The translations under genes and the position numbers were made by a program. The notes beneath the pieces are model-generated. The model worked only from the letters and a program-made list of their open reading frames with translations, did no database searches and was not told the origin of the DNA. A stretch of 64,000 nucleotides of DNA from an uncultured Gemmatimonadales bacterium (GTDB lineage Bacteria; Gemmatimonadota; Gemmatimonadetes; Gemmatimonadales; Gemmatimonadaceae), in contig OY969695.1 in NCBI GenBank assembly GCA_963701965.1, forward strand, positions 608,001 through 672,000. The letters run 5' to 3'. Below are positions 42,535 to 52,838 of this stretch, in pieces (within the stretch, counting starts at the first letter, position 1; each line of letters begins with the position of its first letter).

Positions 42535-43319
42535 CCACGCTTCGGGTCGTGATTGTCGATGATGAACCGCTGGCGCGCTCGCGCCTGCGGGAGCTCCTGG
42601 CCGACGACCCCGCGGTCGCGGTCGTGGCCGAGTGCGGCAATGGCCGCGACGCCGTGACGACGATCCAACACGAGTCGCCCGACGTCGTCCTGCTCGACAT
42701 TCAGATGCCGGAGATGGACGGGTTCGGCGTCGTGCGCGCGGTGGGGGCCGACCACATGCCGGCCGTCGTGTTCGTCACCGCCTCGGACGCCCACGCCGTC
42801 GCCGCGTTCGAGGTGCACGCGGTCGACTACGTGCTCAAGCCCGTGGATCGCGAGCGGTTTGCCGAGGCCATGCGCCGGGCGAAGGAGCGCGTGACGTCGC
42901 CGGACGATCTGCGGGCGCGTTTGACGGCGCTCGTCGCCAATGTCTCGTCGGTCGCACGGGGCGCACCCGCGCCCGTGGCATCGCGCCTCGCCATCCGCAC
43001 GGTGCGCGGCAACGGCCGCGTGTTGTTCATCCGGACGGCGGACATCGACTGGTGCGAGGCGATGGACAATCACTTGCGCCTACACGTCGGATCTGAGACG
43101 TACGTCATCCGCGAAACGTTGACCAACCTCGAGCAACGACTCCCCGCGGGCGCCTTCCTGCGCGTGCACCGTTCGTCGTTGGTGAACATCGAAAGAATTC
43201 GAGAAATTCAGCCGTGGTTTGGCGGCGATTATGTCCTGATTCTCTTGGATGGCACGAAAGTTACGACCGGCCGCCGGTACCGCGCGGCCGTCCAGACATT
43301 CCTCGATCGATCCTCCTAG
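42531..43319 (+). CDS. LytTR-family response regulator
   Basis: REC domain (VDDEP, LDIQMP, DYVLKP) plus LytTR domain (FLRVHRS). Confidence 0.95.
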   Translation: MTTLRVVIVDDEPLARSRLRELLADDPAVAVVAECGNGRDAVTTIQHESPDVVLLDIQMPEMDGFGVVRAVGADHMPAVVFVTASDAHAVAAFEVHAVDYVLKPVDRERFAEAMRRAKERVTSPDDLRARLTALVANVSSVARGAPAPVASRLAIRTVRGNGRVLFIRTADIDWCEAMDNHLRLHVGSETYVIRETLTNLEQRLPAGAFLRVHRSSLVNIERIREIQPWFGGDYVLILLDGTKVTTGRRYRAAVQTFLDRSS

Positions 43320-43320
43320 T

Positions 43321-43350
43321 TCTTACCCCGCGCGGTTAGCTGTTCGCCCC
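43321..43350 (+). promoter_or_regulatory. Putative LytTR box pair upstream of cupredoxin 1
   Basis: TCTTACCCC (43321) and GTTCGCCCC (43342), 21-bp period. Confidence 0.65.
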
Positions 43351-43432
43351 AAACGCATCGCCCCCAGCGACACTCACAGCGACGTTGCGGCTTAGGCACG
43401 AATCGGTCAATTCGCTATCTGGGGGGTGTGCC

Positions 43433-43813
43433 ATGAAGGTCCATTCTTACTCGTCCTTAGCCATCGCCGCCGCGGTCATGGCCGCCTGCGGCTCCAGCAC
43501 TTCGCCAGGTTCCACGAGCCCGGGTGGTGGTGCCAGCAAGACGGTATCGATTTCGTGCACGAATTCGAACTACAACATGGCTGGCTCGTGCGCGTTCGGG
43601 CCGAACCCCGACACGGTTTCCGTGGGCGATACCGTCACGTTCGCTTTTCCTTCCAGCTCCTCTCACTCCGTGTCCTTCCAAGCCTCGGGCGCACCGGCTG
43701 ACGTGCCGCCAGCCACCGGCGGGAACTTTCCCCGAACCTTCGCGACCGCTGGCACATTCCCGTACGTCTGCACCGTGCATCCGTACATGACCGGCACCGT
43801 CGTAGTCAAATGA
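43433..43813 (+). CDS. Cupredoxin (plastocyanin/amicyanin-like) lipoprotein
   Basis: MAAC lipobox; H...YVCTVHPYM type-1 Cu ligands. Confidence 0.9.
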   Translation: MKVHSYSSLAIAAAVMAACGSSTSPGSTSPGGGASKTVSISCTNSNYNMAGSCAFGPNPDTVSVGDTVTFAFPSSSSHSVSFQASGAPADVPPATGGNFPRTFATAGTFPYVCTVHPYMTGTVVVK

Positions 43814-43846
43814 CGACTTGTCGGATCTGAGACCACCGCCGAGCGC

Positions 43847-43876
43847 GGCTACCCCGCACGGGTAGCCGTTTACCCC
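43847..43876 (+). promoter_or_regulatory. Putative LytTR box pair upstream of cupredoxin 2
   Basis: GGCTACCCC (43847) and GTTTACCCC (43868), 21-bp period; whole region aligns with 43321-43358. Confidence 0.65.
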
Positions 43877-43943
43877 AAAGGCGTGACGTCAGAGGCGCCT
43901 AGCCGTGAATTTCCCCAGGACAACTCACACGGGAGTCCGAGGG

Positions 43944-44312
43944 ATGAAGGCAACAGATTTGATGCTCATGGCTGTGGTCGTCGCGGCGAGCGCATGTGGC
44001 GGGTCATCGTCTCCGATGCAACCAGGGGGCGGGCAAGGCGGTGGGCATTCGGCCACCATCACAGCGAGTGGCCAGAACACGGCGCCGAACTATTTCTTCT
44101 CGCCCACACCGGACACGATCAAAGTCGGATCGACACTGACATTCACCGCCAGCGACGTGCTGCATGACGTCTTTTTCGACACGCCGGGCTCGCCCCAGAA
44201 TATTGGCGACATCATGAACTCGTCGGTCAGCCGCGTCTTCCCGACCGCCGGCACTTTCAACTATCACTGCGCCATCCACCCGTTCATGACTGGGGTCGTG
44301 GTCGTCCAGTGA
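43944..44312 (+). CDS. Cupredoxin lipoprotein
   Basis: ASAC lipobox; HDV...YHCAIHPFM. Confidence 0.9.
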   Translation: MKATDLMLMAVVVAASACGGSSSPMQPGGGQGGGHSATITASGQNTAPNYFFSPTPDTIKVGSTLTFTASDVLHDVFFDTPGSPQNIGDIMNSSVSRVFPTAGTFNYHCAIHPFMTGVVVVQ

Positions 44313-45154
44313 GAATACGCGCCGCGGGAGTCGCGATCGGTTGCGTGGCGCTCGGTTCGTCGGTTGCCCGCGGCCAATGCAAGCCGCCCTTGAACAGTAA
44401 CGAAGCCAAGCTGCTTGCGTTTTACGAAGCGCCGGTCGTGTTCGCGCCCGCGGACGCGCCGGCGACATTGGCGCCGTGGCACGTGGGATTGGTGGGCGAG
44501 CTCACCTACGTGCCGACGGCCCCGTCCTCGATCACAACCACGGGCTTCTGCTTCGAGTCGAAGCAGCAAGACACGCATCTGTCGCCCATCTTGCCGCGGA
44601 TTCGCGTGTCGCTCGGGCTCCCGATGGGATTTTCGATCGAGGGCAGTTACCTGCCCCCTATCACGGTGGCGAGTGCCACGCCGAACTTCGGCAGCCTGGC
44701 CGTCGCCTACACCCACGAGCTCTCGCCGTTCGTCGTCCTGCAAGGGCGCATCCATGGAACGGTCGGCACGGTGAAGGGGCCGATCACCTGTTCCAAGTCT
44801 GCGCTGCAGCAGTCCGACCCGACGCAGCCGTGCTACGGCACGCAGCCGTCCGATGACACCTTCAAGCCCAACTCGATCGGAGCGGATGTGGCCGCCGGCT
44901 TCACGCCCAATGGCGGACGCTTCACGGTCTACGGCGGGGTGGGGTACGCCTACCTGCCCGCCCGCTTCCAAGTCGACTTCACCGACTTGAACGGATTCAC
45001 CGACCGGACGCCAGTCGAAGTCGGCATGAGCCGCGAGAGTATCTTCGGCGGGCTCGATGTCCGCATCATCGAGGGTCTCTCCGCCGGTGCGCAGGTGTAC
45101 TCGGTGCCCGCCGACCTCACGACGTTCCGGGTGTCGGTCGGCTATCGGCTGTGA
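44309..45154 (+). CDS. Probable outer-membrane beta-barrel protein
   Basis: Signal peptide; alternating beta-strands; C-terminal VSVGYRL. Confidence 0.7.
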   Translation: MRIRAAGVAIGCVALGSSVARGQCKPPLNSNEAKLLAFYEAPVVFAPADAPATLAPWHVGLVGELTYVPTAPSSITTTGFCFESKQQDTHLSPILPRIRVSLGLPMGFSIEGSYLPPITVASATPNFGSLAVAYTHELSPFVVLQGRIHGTVGTVKGPITCSKSALQQSDPTQPCYGTQPSDDTFKPNSIGADVAAGFTPNGGRFTVYGGVGYAYLPARFQVDFTDLNGFTDRTPVEVGMSRESIFGGLDVRIIEGLSAGAQVYSVPADLTTFRVSVGYRL

Positions 45155-45492
45155 ACCGGCGCGCGGTGATCACGGCGATGCGGTACGGAATCGCGATCGT
45201 GTTCATCGGCGCGGGCGGTGCCAAGCTGCTGAGCGTCCCGCCAATGGTGGCCGAATTCCGGGCCATCCCGGTCGGTCCGTGGTTCCGCTACGCGGTGGGC
45301 CTGTACGAAATCGCGAGCGCGATCCTGCTCGCGATGCCGGACGCCGCATGGCTTGGCACGCGGGCGCTCATCCTGCTCATGATCGGCGGCGCCGTCACCG
45401 AGGTCGTCGCGCTCCACCGGTTCCCGGTGGCTTCGGGCGCGATGCTCGCGGTGTGTGCGACGCTCCTTTCCCTTCAACGACGACCCCATTGA
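45151..45492 (+). CDS. DoxX-like membrane protein
   Basis: FIGAGGAKL...WFRYAVGLYE...MIGGA.. Confidence 0.8.
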   Translation: MNRRAVITAMRYGIAIVFIGAGGAKLLSVPPMVAEFRAIPVGPWFRYAVGLYEIASAILLAMPDAAWLGTRALILLMIGGAVTEVVALHRFPVASGAMLAVCATLLSLQRRPH

Positions 45493-45495
45493 CGT

Positions 45496-46008
45496 ATGCT
45501 GCGCCTCTTGCTTCTGACATCGGTGTTGCTGATCGGCGCCCGGAGCCCTTCGCTCCCGCCCGCCAGCGCGACCTATACCTTGGTGCCCGACTCCAGCGAT
45601 GACATCAAGGCCGCGGTGAACCAGACGGTCGAGCACATGAGCTTCATCACGCGGCCGGTGGCCCGCGGACGTCTCAACCGCACGAATCCCCTGCCCCAGA
45701 AGATGCGCGTGAACAGCAGCGCCGACACGCTCGCGGTGGCCTTCGACAATGGCAATCCCGTCGTCACGCCGTTCAATGGCGATACGGTGGCGTGGCGGAG
45801 CTCCCTGACCAACGAAGACTACAAGGCCCACGCCGAGCAGGCGGGCGATACGACCAGCCAGATCATCGTCGCGCCGGACGGCGTGCGCAAGAACTCGTAT
45901 GTGTCGTCCGACGGCGGCGCCCGCCTCCAACTCCTCGTCACGGTCACCAGCCATCGCTTGCCGCAACCGTTGCACTACACACTTCTTTTCCGTCGCGACG
46001 GCGCCTAA
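45496..46008 (+). CDS. Hypothetical secreted protein
   Basis: Signal peptide; MSFITRPVARGRL, S.RLPQPL.Y.L. Confidence 0.75.
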   Translation: MLRLLLLTSVLLIGARSPSLPPASATYTLVPDSSDDIKAAVNQTVEHMSFITRPVARGRLNRTNPLPQKMRVNSSADTLAVAFDNGNPVVTPFNGDTVAWRSSLTNEDYKAHAEQAGDTTSQIIVAPDGVRKNSYVSSDGGARLQLLVTVTSHRLPQPLHYTLLFRRDGA

Positions 46009-46019
46009 GATGGGGGCCT

Positions 46020-47762
46020 ATGCCCCCCCATATCGCCCGCGCCGGCCTGCTCGGCGCCTGCCTCCTCGGCGCCTGCCAGGCGCGTGATCGCGCCCCGGCG
46101 GCGCCGCCGACGGGATTCAGCCAATTCGTCGACGCGTACTTCGACTCGTCGTTCGCATTCACGCCGACCGCCGGTACCGCCGCCGGATTTCACCAGTATG
46201 ATGACCGCCTCGACGACCGGTCGGCGGCGACCGTGGGCCGGCGCATCGGGACACTGCGGGCCCAATTGGCGGCGCTCGACGCCCTGCGCGCGGGATCGCT
46301 CCCGGCGGATGACGCGATCGACGCGTCGTTGATCGACGGCGCCATTCGCTCCGAGCTCCAGGATCTCGACGTGCTCGGGAATTGGCGCAAGAATCCGATC
46401 GGGTACGTGGGGCTGCCGGGCAACGCGGTCGATCTGCTCATGAAACGCAATTTCGCGCCGGCGGCCGACCGCCTCCGATCGGTCACCGCGCGCTTGCGCC
46501 AGGCGCCCACGGCGTTGGCGGCCATGCGCGTCAATGTCGACAACCCGCCCGTCGAGTTCACGGACCTCGCCATTCGTGTTGCGGGTGGGTCGGTTGGCTT
46601 CTTTCAGCATGACGTCGCGACGTGGGCCAAGGACGCCGCCGGCAGCGACAGCGGCGCCTGGCGGGCGTTCACGGCCGCCAACGACTCCGTGGTGGCCGCG
46701 ATGCAGAGCGCCACGACCTGGCTCACCAACGACCTCAAGCCCAAATCCCACGGATCGTTCGCCATCGGCCCCAAGAACTTCTCCGACAAGCTCAAGTACG
46801 ACGAGATGATCGACCTGCCGCTCGATCGCGTATTGGCGATCGGCGAGGCCAACCTGGACAAGGACTACAAGGATTTCGTGGCGACCGCCAAGCAAGTGGC
46901 GCCGGGCAAGTCGCCGCATGACGCGTACGTGTCGCTGGAGTCCGACCACCCGACGGCCGCGAATCTGATTCCCTCGGCGCGCGCCACCGTGGCCGGCGCC
47001 CGGCAGTTTTTGGTCGATCATCACATCGTCGATATTCCCTCGGCGACGATGCCGAGCGTCACTGAGACTCCGCCGTACGCGCGGGACGGATCGTTCGCGT
47101 CGATGGACTCCCCCGGGCCCTTCGAGACCAAGGCGACGGAGGCGTTTTACTACGTGACGCCGCCGGAGGCCGGTTGGGACGCGCAGCACGTGGAGGAGCA
47201 CCTCCGGTCCTTCAACCAGTCCGCGATGAACATCATCACGGTACACGAGGTCTTTCCGGGGCATTTTCTGCAGTTCCTCTACGTCAAGCAGTTTCCCACC
47301 AAGACCCGGCGGCTGATCCAGGTCGGATCGAACAGCGAGGGATGGGCCCACTACAGCGAGCAAATGATCGTGGAGGAAGGGTTCGGGAACGGCGATCCGC
47401 GGACGCACCTGGCGCAGCTCGAGGAAGCGCTGCTGCGGGATTGTCGCTACGTCGTGGGGATCAAGGAGCACACGCAAGGGCTCTCGGTCGCCGACGGCGC
47501 CAAGCAGTACTTCGTCGACAAGTGCTTCCAGGAACCTGCCAACGGCTACGAGGAAGCCCGCCGCGGCGCCTACAATCCCACCTACCTGTACTATACACTC
47601 GGCAAGCTGGCGATCTACAAACTGCGGGCCGACTATCAACGGGCCAAGGGGGCCGCGTACTCCCTGCGGCAGTTTCACGACGACTTCGTGAAGCAGGGCA
47701 GCATCCCCATCCCGGTCGTGCGCCGCATCCTCATTCCCGGGGACACCGCGGCGCCTTTGTGA
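46020..47762 (+). CDS. DUF885 family lipoprotein
   Basis: LGAC lipobox; HEVFPGHFLQ, EGWAHYSE, YTLGK, FHD. Confidence 0.9.
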   Translation: MPPHIARAGLLGACLLGACQARDRAPAAPPTGFSQFVDAYFDSSFAFTPTAGTAAGFHQYDDRLDDRSAATVGRRIGTLRAQLAALDALRAGSLPADDAIDASLIDGAIRSELQDLDVLGNWRKNPIGYVGLPGNAVDLLMKRNFAPAADRLRSVTARLRQAPTALAAMRVNVDNPPVEFTDLAIRVAGGSVGFFQHDVATWAKDAAGSDSGAWRAFTAANDSVVAAMQSATTWLTNDLKPKSHGSFAIGPKNFSDKLKYDEMIDLPLDRVLAIGEANLDKDYKDFVATAKQVAPGKSPHDAYVSLESDHPTAANLIPSARATVAGARQFLVDHHIVDIPSATMPSVTETPPYARDGSFASMDSPGPFETKATEAFYYVTPPEAGWDAQHVEEHLRSFNQSAMNIITVHEVFPGHFLQFLYVKQFPTKTRRLIQVGSNSEGWAHYSEQMIVEEGFGNGDPRTHLAQLEEALLRDCRYVVGIKEHTQGLSVADGAKQYFVDKCFQEPANGYEEARRGAYNPTYLYYTLGKLAIYKLRADYQRAKGAAYSLRQFHDDFVKQGSIPIPVVRRILIPGDTAAPL

Positions 47763-47972
47763 CACGGTCCGGTCAGGCAAACGGACAGGCGCCGTCATCT
47801 CGGTACTGAGATAGTCGTTGGCCCCTGATATTCCGACCACGCGGTGCGGTCGTCTGTCCCGACCGCCGACGTCCAATCTGGCCTTCACCCACGCCACGGA
47901 CGCGACGCTGCCGGATCTCGGCGGCGGGGCGCCAAAGGCGCAAATGCAACAGTTGTTCACTCCGTAGGGACA

Positions 47973-48009
47973 GGCCGTCTCCCCCAGGGGAGGCGGCCCG
48001 TTTTCTTTT
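47973..48009 (+). terminator. Rho-independent terminator
   Basis: GGCCGTCTCCCC-CA-GGGGAGGCGGCC followed by CGTTTTCTTTT. Confidence 0.8.
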
Positions 48010-48094
48010 GCGTCCGCGGATAAACATCTGAGGGCGCCACCGGGCGTCGCCGAATGGGCAACGCGGCTCGACTCCTGGAGACCCAACCATCGGC

Positions 48095-48145
48095 GTTCAC
48101 CACGCCCACAGAGATTTTCACCCCCGATTAGCAGCGGTTCGTCCC
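48095..48145 (+). promoter_or_regulatory. Three putative LytTR boxes upstream of susC
   Basis: GTTCACCAC (48095), TTTCACCCC (48116), GTTCGTCCC (48137); exact 21-bp period. Confidence 0.6.
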
Positions 48146-48161
48146 TGCGATCTCAACTCAA

Positions 48162-48205
48162 TGTCAACCTGCTTCTTGACAGAGTCTGGTTACGTGCGTG
48201 ACAAT
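48162..48205 (+). promoter_or_regulatory. Sigma70-like promoter with overlapping palindrome
   Basis: TTGACA (48176)-18 nt-GACAAT (48200); inverted repeat TGTCAA-N8-TTGACA. Confidence 0.5.
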
Positions 48206-48231
48206 TGGCCGCCTTTGTTTTTGTACGAGGT

Positions 48232-48268
48232 TCATAGTACGGCACTCATAGTACGACACTCATAGTAA
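48232..48268. repeat. 14-bp tandem repeat (~2.6 copies) in the susC leader
   Basis: TCATAGTACGGCAC / TCATAGTACGACAC / TCATAGTAA. Confidence 0.9.
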
Positions 48269-48402
48269 CGGAGGAGGAGGGATGAGCTCATGACATGTCA
48301 GTTGTGGGTGGATGGAATGGCGTTTGTCGCCGGAGCGCAATTCCGCGCTCGGCAGGCGGCGCGCGGGATCTCCTTGAAGGGGGCGGGTGGAGGGATGACA
48401 CT

Positions 48403-51400
48403 ATGCGTCAATTAGCACCGACGCTGCGGTGGCTGCTCGTGGCGGCCATGACGGCAGCACCAGCGGCACTCGTCGCCCAGAACGGGATCGTCACCGGTCG
48501 GGTCATCGACAAGGCCTCCGGTCTCGGCATTCCGGCGGTCCAGGTGACCGTGGCCGGCACCGCGATCCGGACGCAGAGCAATGACAGCGGCGTCTACCGG
48601 ATGCGGAACGTCCCGGCAGGCACACAGCACATTCACGCCATTCGACTCGGCTACACCGCGAACGACGCGGTCGTCAGCGTTTCGGCACTTGGCACCGTGA
48701 CTGCCGATATCACCTTGAACGCGGCGTCAGTGACCCTGACGACCGTCGAAGTCACAGGGACCGGACAGCAGAAGTCGGCGCGCGAGGTGGCGACCCTCAC
48801 GCCGAGCATCACACCAGATTCGCTGAACCTCGCCGCCTCACCGAACTTCGCCAGCGTCCTCGAGGCCTCCACCCCTGGCGTGCAGGTCGTGCAGTCCAGC
48901 GGCACGACCGGGACCGGGGCCCGCATTCGCATTCGCGGCGCGAGCAGCGTGTCGCTCTCCAATGAGCCGCTGATCGTCATCGACGGGGTCGAGGTGGACA
49001 ACAATGCCAACCCCCAGACGTTGACCGTCGGCGTCGGCGGACAAATGACGTCCCGCCTCAATGACATCAATCCGGACGAGATCGACAACATTCAGACCCT
49101 GCAGGGCCCCGCCGCGACAGGACTGTACGGGACGGCGGCCGCCAACGGCGTCATCGTGATCACCACGAAGCGCGGGCAGTCCGGAAAGGCCCACTGGGAT
49201 GGCTTCATCGAGAACGGCGAGATTCACGACGACAACAACTACCCGAACGACATCGGCACGTTCTTCTCGATTCAGCCTGCAAAGGGTCCACCAATACATC
49301 TCACACCCAATAACGGCGGCTGCGCCCTGTGGAACCAGGCGGAAGGCGAGTGCACGATCGACAGCCTGGCCGTGTTCAACCCGCTCAACAGCGCGGTCAG
49401 CCCGCTGCGCGTCGGACGCCGGCAGGAGTACAACCTGTCGACCAGCGGCGGTTCGGACGTCAACCAGTACTTCGTCGCCGGCGACTACCAGCTCGAGAAC
49501 GGCACGCTCCAGAACAACCAGCTCCAGAAGACGAATGCCCGCGCCAACTTCAGCACGCGGCCCACGTCGGATCCTGTCGCTGTCATTCAGCGGCGGCTAC
49601 ATCGCCAGTAACACGCGCCTCCCGCAGAACGACAACAACGTGCTGGGCGTGCTCTCGACGGGCTTGCTCGGCAACGGTCTGTCGGGCCCGGAAAACAATT
49701 TTGGATACTTCGCCGGCGGCGGCGTGAATCCGACGAACGTGCTCAATCTCCACACGTTCTCGGACATCCAGCGCTGGACACCGTCGCTCCAAGCCAACTA
49801 TCAACCATTGCACTGGCTCACGGCGAACGTGACGGCCGGGTTCGACATCGTCAATCAGGACGATCAGGACGGCGCGCCGCCGAATACGGTCGATTTCGCC
49901 AGCGACGTGCTCGGCTTCCGCGTCCGCGACCGGATCGAGACCGAGACGTATACGATCAACGAGAACACAAACGCCGTGGCCCGCCTGCCGTTCGACATCA
50001 CGTCGACGAGCACCGTGGGCGGCAGCTGGCGCCGGACGTTGTTCACCGGCAACTTCGCCCAGGGCTTCGGTCTCACCAGCGGATCGTTCTCGCTGGCCAG
50101 CGTTTCCCAGCAGCAAGCGGTCAGCGAAGTGCAGCAGGACGAGCGCACGCTGGGCGGATTCATGCAGCAGCAGTTCGGCTGGCGCGACAAGCTCTTCGTG
50201 TCAGGCGGCGTCCGGTTGGACAAGAATAGCTCGACCGGTTTCGCGGCGGGCACGACCGCGTACCCCACGGCCCAGGTGTCCTACGTCATCAGCGACGAGC
50301 CCTGGTTCCCCAAGAGCAGCATTCTCACGGCCCTCAAGCTCCGGGCCGCGGTCGGCCAGTCCGGATTGCACCCGGACTTCCTGAACGCGCTCGTATTCAA
50401 GAATCCGGCTCCGGCGGTCACGCCGGAGGGTGGCAGTACCGCCGCCTTCACGGCCGGCAATCCCGGAAACCCGGACCTCAAGCCGGAGCGGACCACAGAA
50501 GTAGAGACGGGCCTCGACCTCTCGCTCCTCAGAGACCGCCTCACCGTCGGCCTGACGTACTACGACAAGCATACGACGGATGCGCTGGTGCAGGAGCAGC
50601 TCGCCGGCTCGGTCGGCGATACCACCTTCCAATGGATCAACATCGGCAAGGTGCGGAACCGCGGGCTCGAGCTGCAGACGACCGCGATCCTCGTCGACAT
50701 GCGGCGCGTGAACTTCACGGTCTCGGGCAACTTCTCGACGCTCGAGAATCGCCTGCAGGAACTGGGCACGATCAACAACACGCCGATCATCTTCGGCTTG
50801 GGTGGCGCGACGCAGGAACACGCGCAGGGCTTCCCACTGGGCGGCTACTGGGCGTTCCCCTACACGTTCAGCGACAAGAACCACGATGGCCTCATCGAGG
50901 AGAACGAAGTCACCGTCGGCACGACGCGCCAGTACATGGGGAGCACGCTGCCCACGGCGACGGCTTCGCTTAGCCCTCAGCTCACCCTGTTCAAGGTCAT
51001 CCGACTGAGCTCGCTGTTCGACTTCCAGGGCGGCAACAAGCTGTACAACTCCACCGCCGAGTTCCGGTGCGCGCAGATCCTCAATTGCTCCGAGGACTTC
51101 CAGAAGTCCGCTTCGACGCTCGCCCTCCAGGCGCGCGACATCGCCGACCGGGACTTCGGCACACCTGCGGGCTTCTTCCAGGATGCGGGTTTCTGGAAGT
51201 GGCGTGAGGCGGCGGTTTCGCTGCTCCTGCCGGCCCAGTGGGCGCGAAGGATCGCCGCCCGGGGCGCTACGCTGACGTTCGCCGCGCGCAACCTGCGCAC
51301 GTGGACCAACTACAAGGGGTTCGACCCGGAAGTCAGCACCGCCGGACAGAACAATTTCGTTCTGGCGGACTTCCTGACCCTTCCGCCCGTCCGCTACTAC

Positions 51401-51427
51401 ACGTTCCGCGTCACCCTGAACTACTGA
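48403..51427 (+). CDS. SusC/RagA family TonB-linked outer membrane protein, frameshift at ~49570
   Basis: Carboxypeptidase-regulatory-like N-terminus; IRIRG, PLIVIDG, YGTAAANGVIVITTKRG; GNPDLKPERT; C-terminal VTLNY. Confidence 0.92.
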
Positions 51428-52759
51428 TGATATCCATGCGACCATACATCAAACTTGTCGCGGTCGTCGCGCTCCTCTCGGCGTGCGACAATCGTACGCT
51501 GCGGGTGACCGCGCCCGACGTGGTGCAGCCGTCGGCCCTCAACACCGTGGCGGCGCTCTCCACCGCCACGGCCGCCGTCTATGGTGACTTCGGGTATGCC
51601 TATGCGGGCAACGGGGGCAATGACGAAGGCGTCATTGAGCTCGGCGGTCTCCTGGGCGACGAGTTCCATTCGTCGGACACGTTCCCAACACGGAACCAGA
51701 TCGATGAGCGAGCGACCACCAACGACAACGCGCAGGATGGCAGCATCTACAATCGCATCCAGCGCGCACGGGCCACGGCGGAATTCGCCGCGAATCAGTA
51801 CCACACCCTCGCGCCGAAAGACGCCTTTGGGCCCGAAGCGTATAGCTTCGTGGGCTTCTCCTATCTGCTGATGGGAGAGAACTACTGCTCCGGGGTCCCC
51901 TTCAGCAATGAGACGTCGAGCGGCACGATCGTGTACGGCAAGCTGGAGTCAACCGCGCAGATCTGGCACGAAGCGATTCTCCGGTTCGACTCGGCGTTGA
52001 CTCAGCTGCCAAGCGATAGCGGCGACACGGCGACCGGAATTGAACCTGGCCCGCGTCGGCCTGGGACGCGCACTCGTCGACTCCGGCGCCTACGCAGCGG
52101 CGGCAGCCGCGGTGGCGGCGGTACCGGACAAGTTTGTTTTCAATCAAGGATACTCCATCGCCAACAACCGCACCGTCAATGGCGTGTGGGAGTACACGTT
52201 CAACGAAGGGCGGTACACGATCCCCAACGCGGAGGGCGACGTCGGCATTCCGTGGATTGCGGCCGCCGATCCCCGCGTACCGACGCTGGACACGAAGGGC
52301 ACGGGTTTCGACAACGGCACGGAGCTCGTGCTGCAGTTGCGGGATACGAATCAGAGCGTGCCGATCCCGTTGGCCAGTGGGATCGAGGCCCGGTTGATCG
52401 AGGCCGAGGCCGCCCTCGCCGCGAACAGCACGGCCAACTTCTTGAGCTTCATCAACAGAGCGCGGGCCGCGTACGCCGCCGTGTACAAGGTGAAGGTGCC
52501 GTCAGTCAGCGCGGTGCCGGCTGGCATGACACCGGTACAGTTCCTGTTCCAGGAACGCGCGTTCAATCTCTGGTTGACCGCACACCGCTTGGGGGACGAG
52601 CGTCGCGAGATGCGACAGTATGGCTTTACGGCCAATCAGGCTTTCCCGAACGGTCCCTATCCGAAGGGTGGCGTGTTCGGCAACGAAGTGGCTCTCCTGT
52701 TGCCGATCACGGAACAGCCCAATCCGAACTACGCGGCTTGTAACGGCAATCTTCCCTGA
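51427..52759 (+). CDS. SusD/RagB-like lipoprotein, frameshift at ~52036
   Basis: LSAC lipobox; ENYCSGVP; EARLIEAEA, ERAF...HRLGD.RR, LP..E..NPN. Confidence 0.88.
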
Positions 52760-52784
52760 CCCGACGCTCGCGTCGGCGTAGCAC

Positions 52785-52825
52785 AGCGGGCGGCGACCAC
52801 CACGGTCGCCGCCCGCTCTTTCTTT
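52785..52825 (+). terminator. Rho-independent terminator after susD
   Basis: AGCGGGCGGCGACC-loop-GGTCGCCGCCCGCT followed by CTTTCTTT. Confidence 0.85.
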
Positions 52826-52838
52826 CCGGTTGATCGCG

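Noticed and set aside
47771..47800. c-di-GMP-I riboswitch suggested by GGCAAAC
   Set aside because: The following GAAA tetraloop and GCAAAG elements are not in the expected arrangement.
48232..48268. Possible mini-CRISPR or iterons
   Set aside because: 14-bp period is too short for CRISPR, there are no spacers, and no rep gene is nearby.
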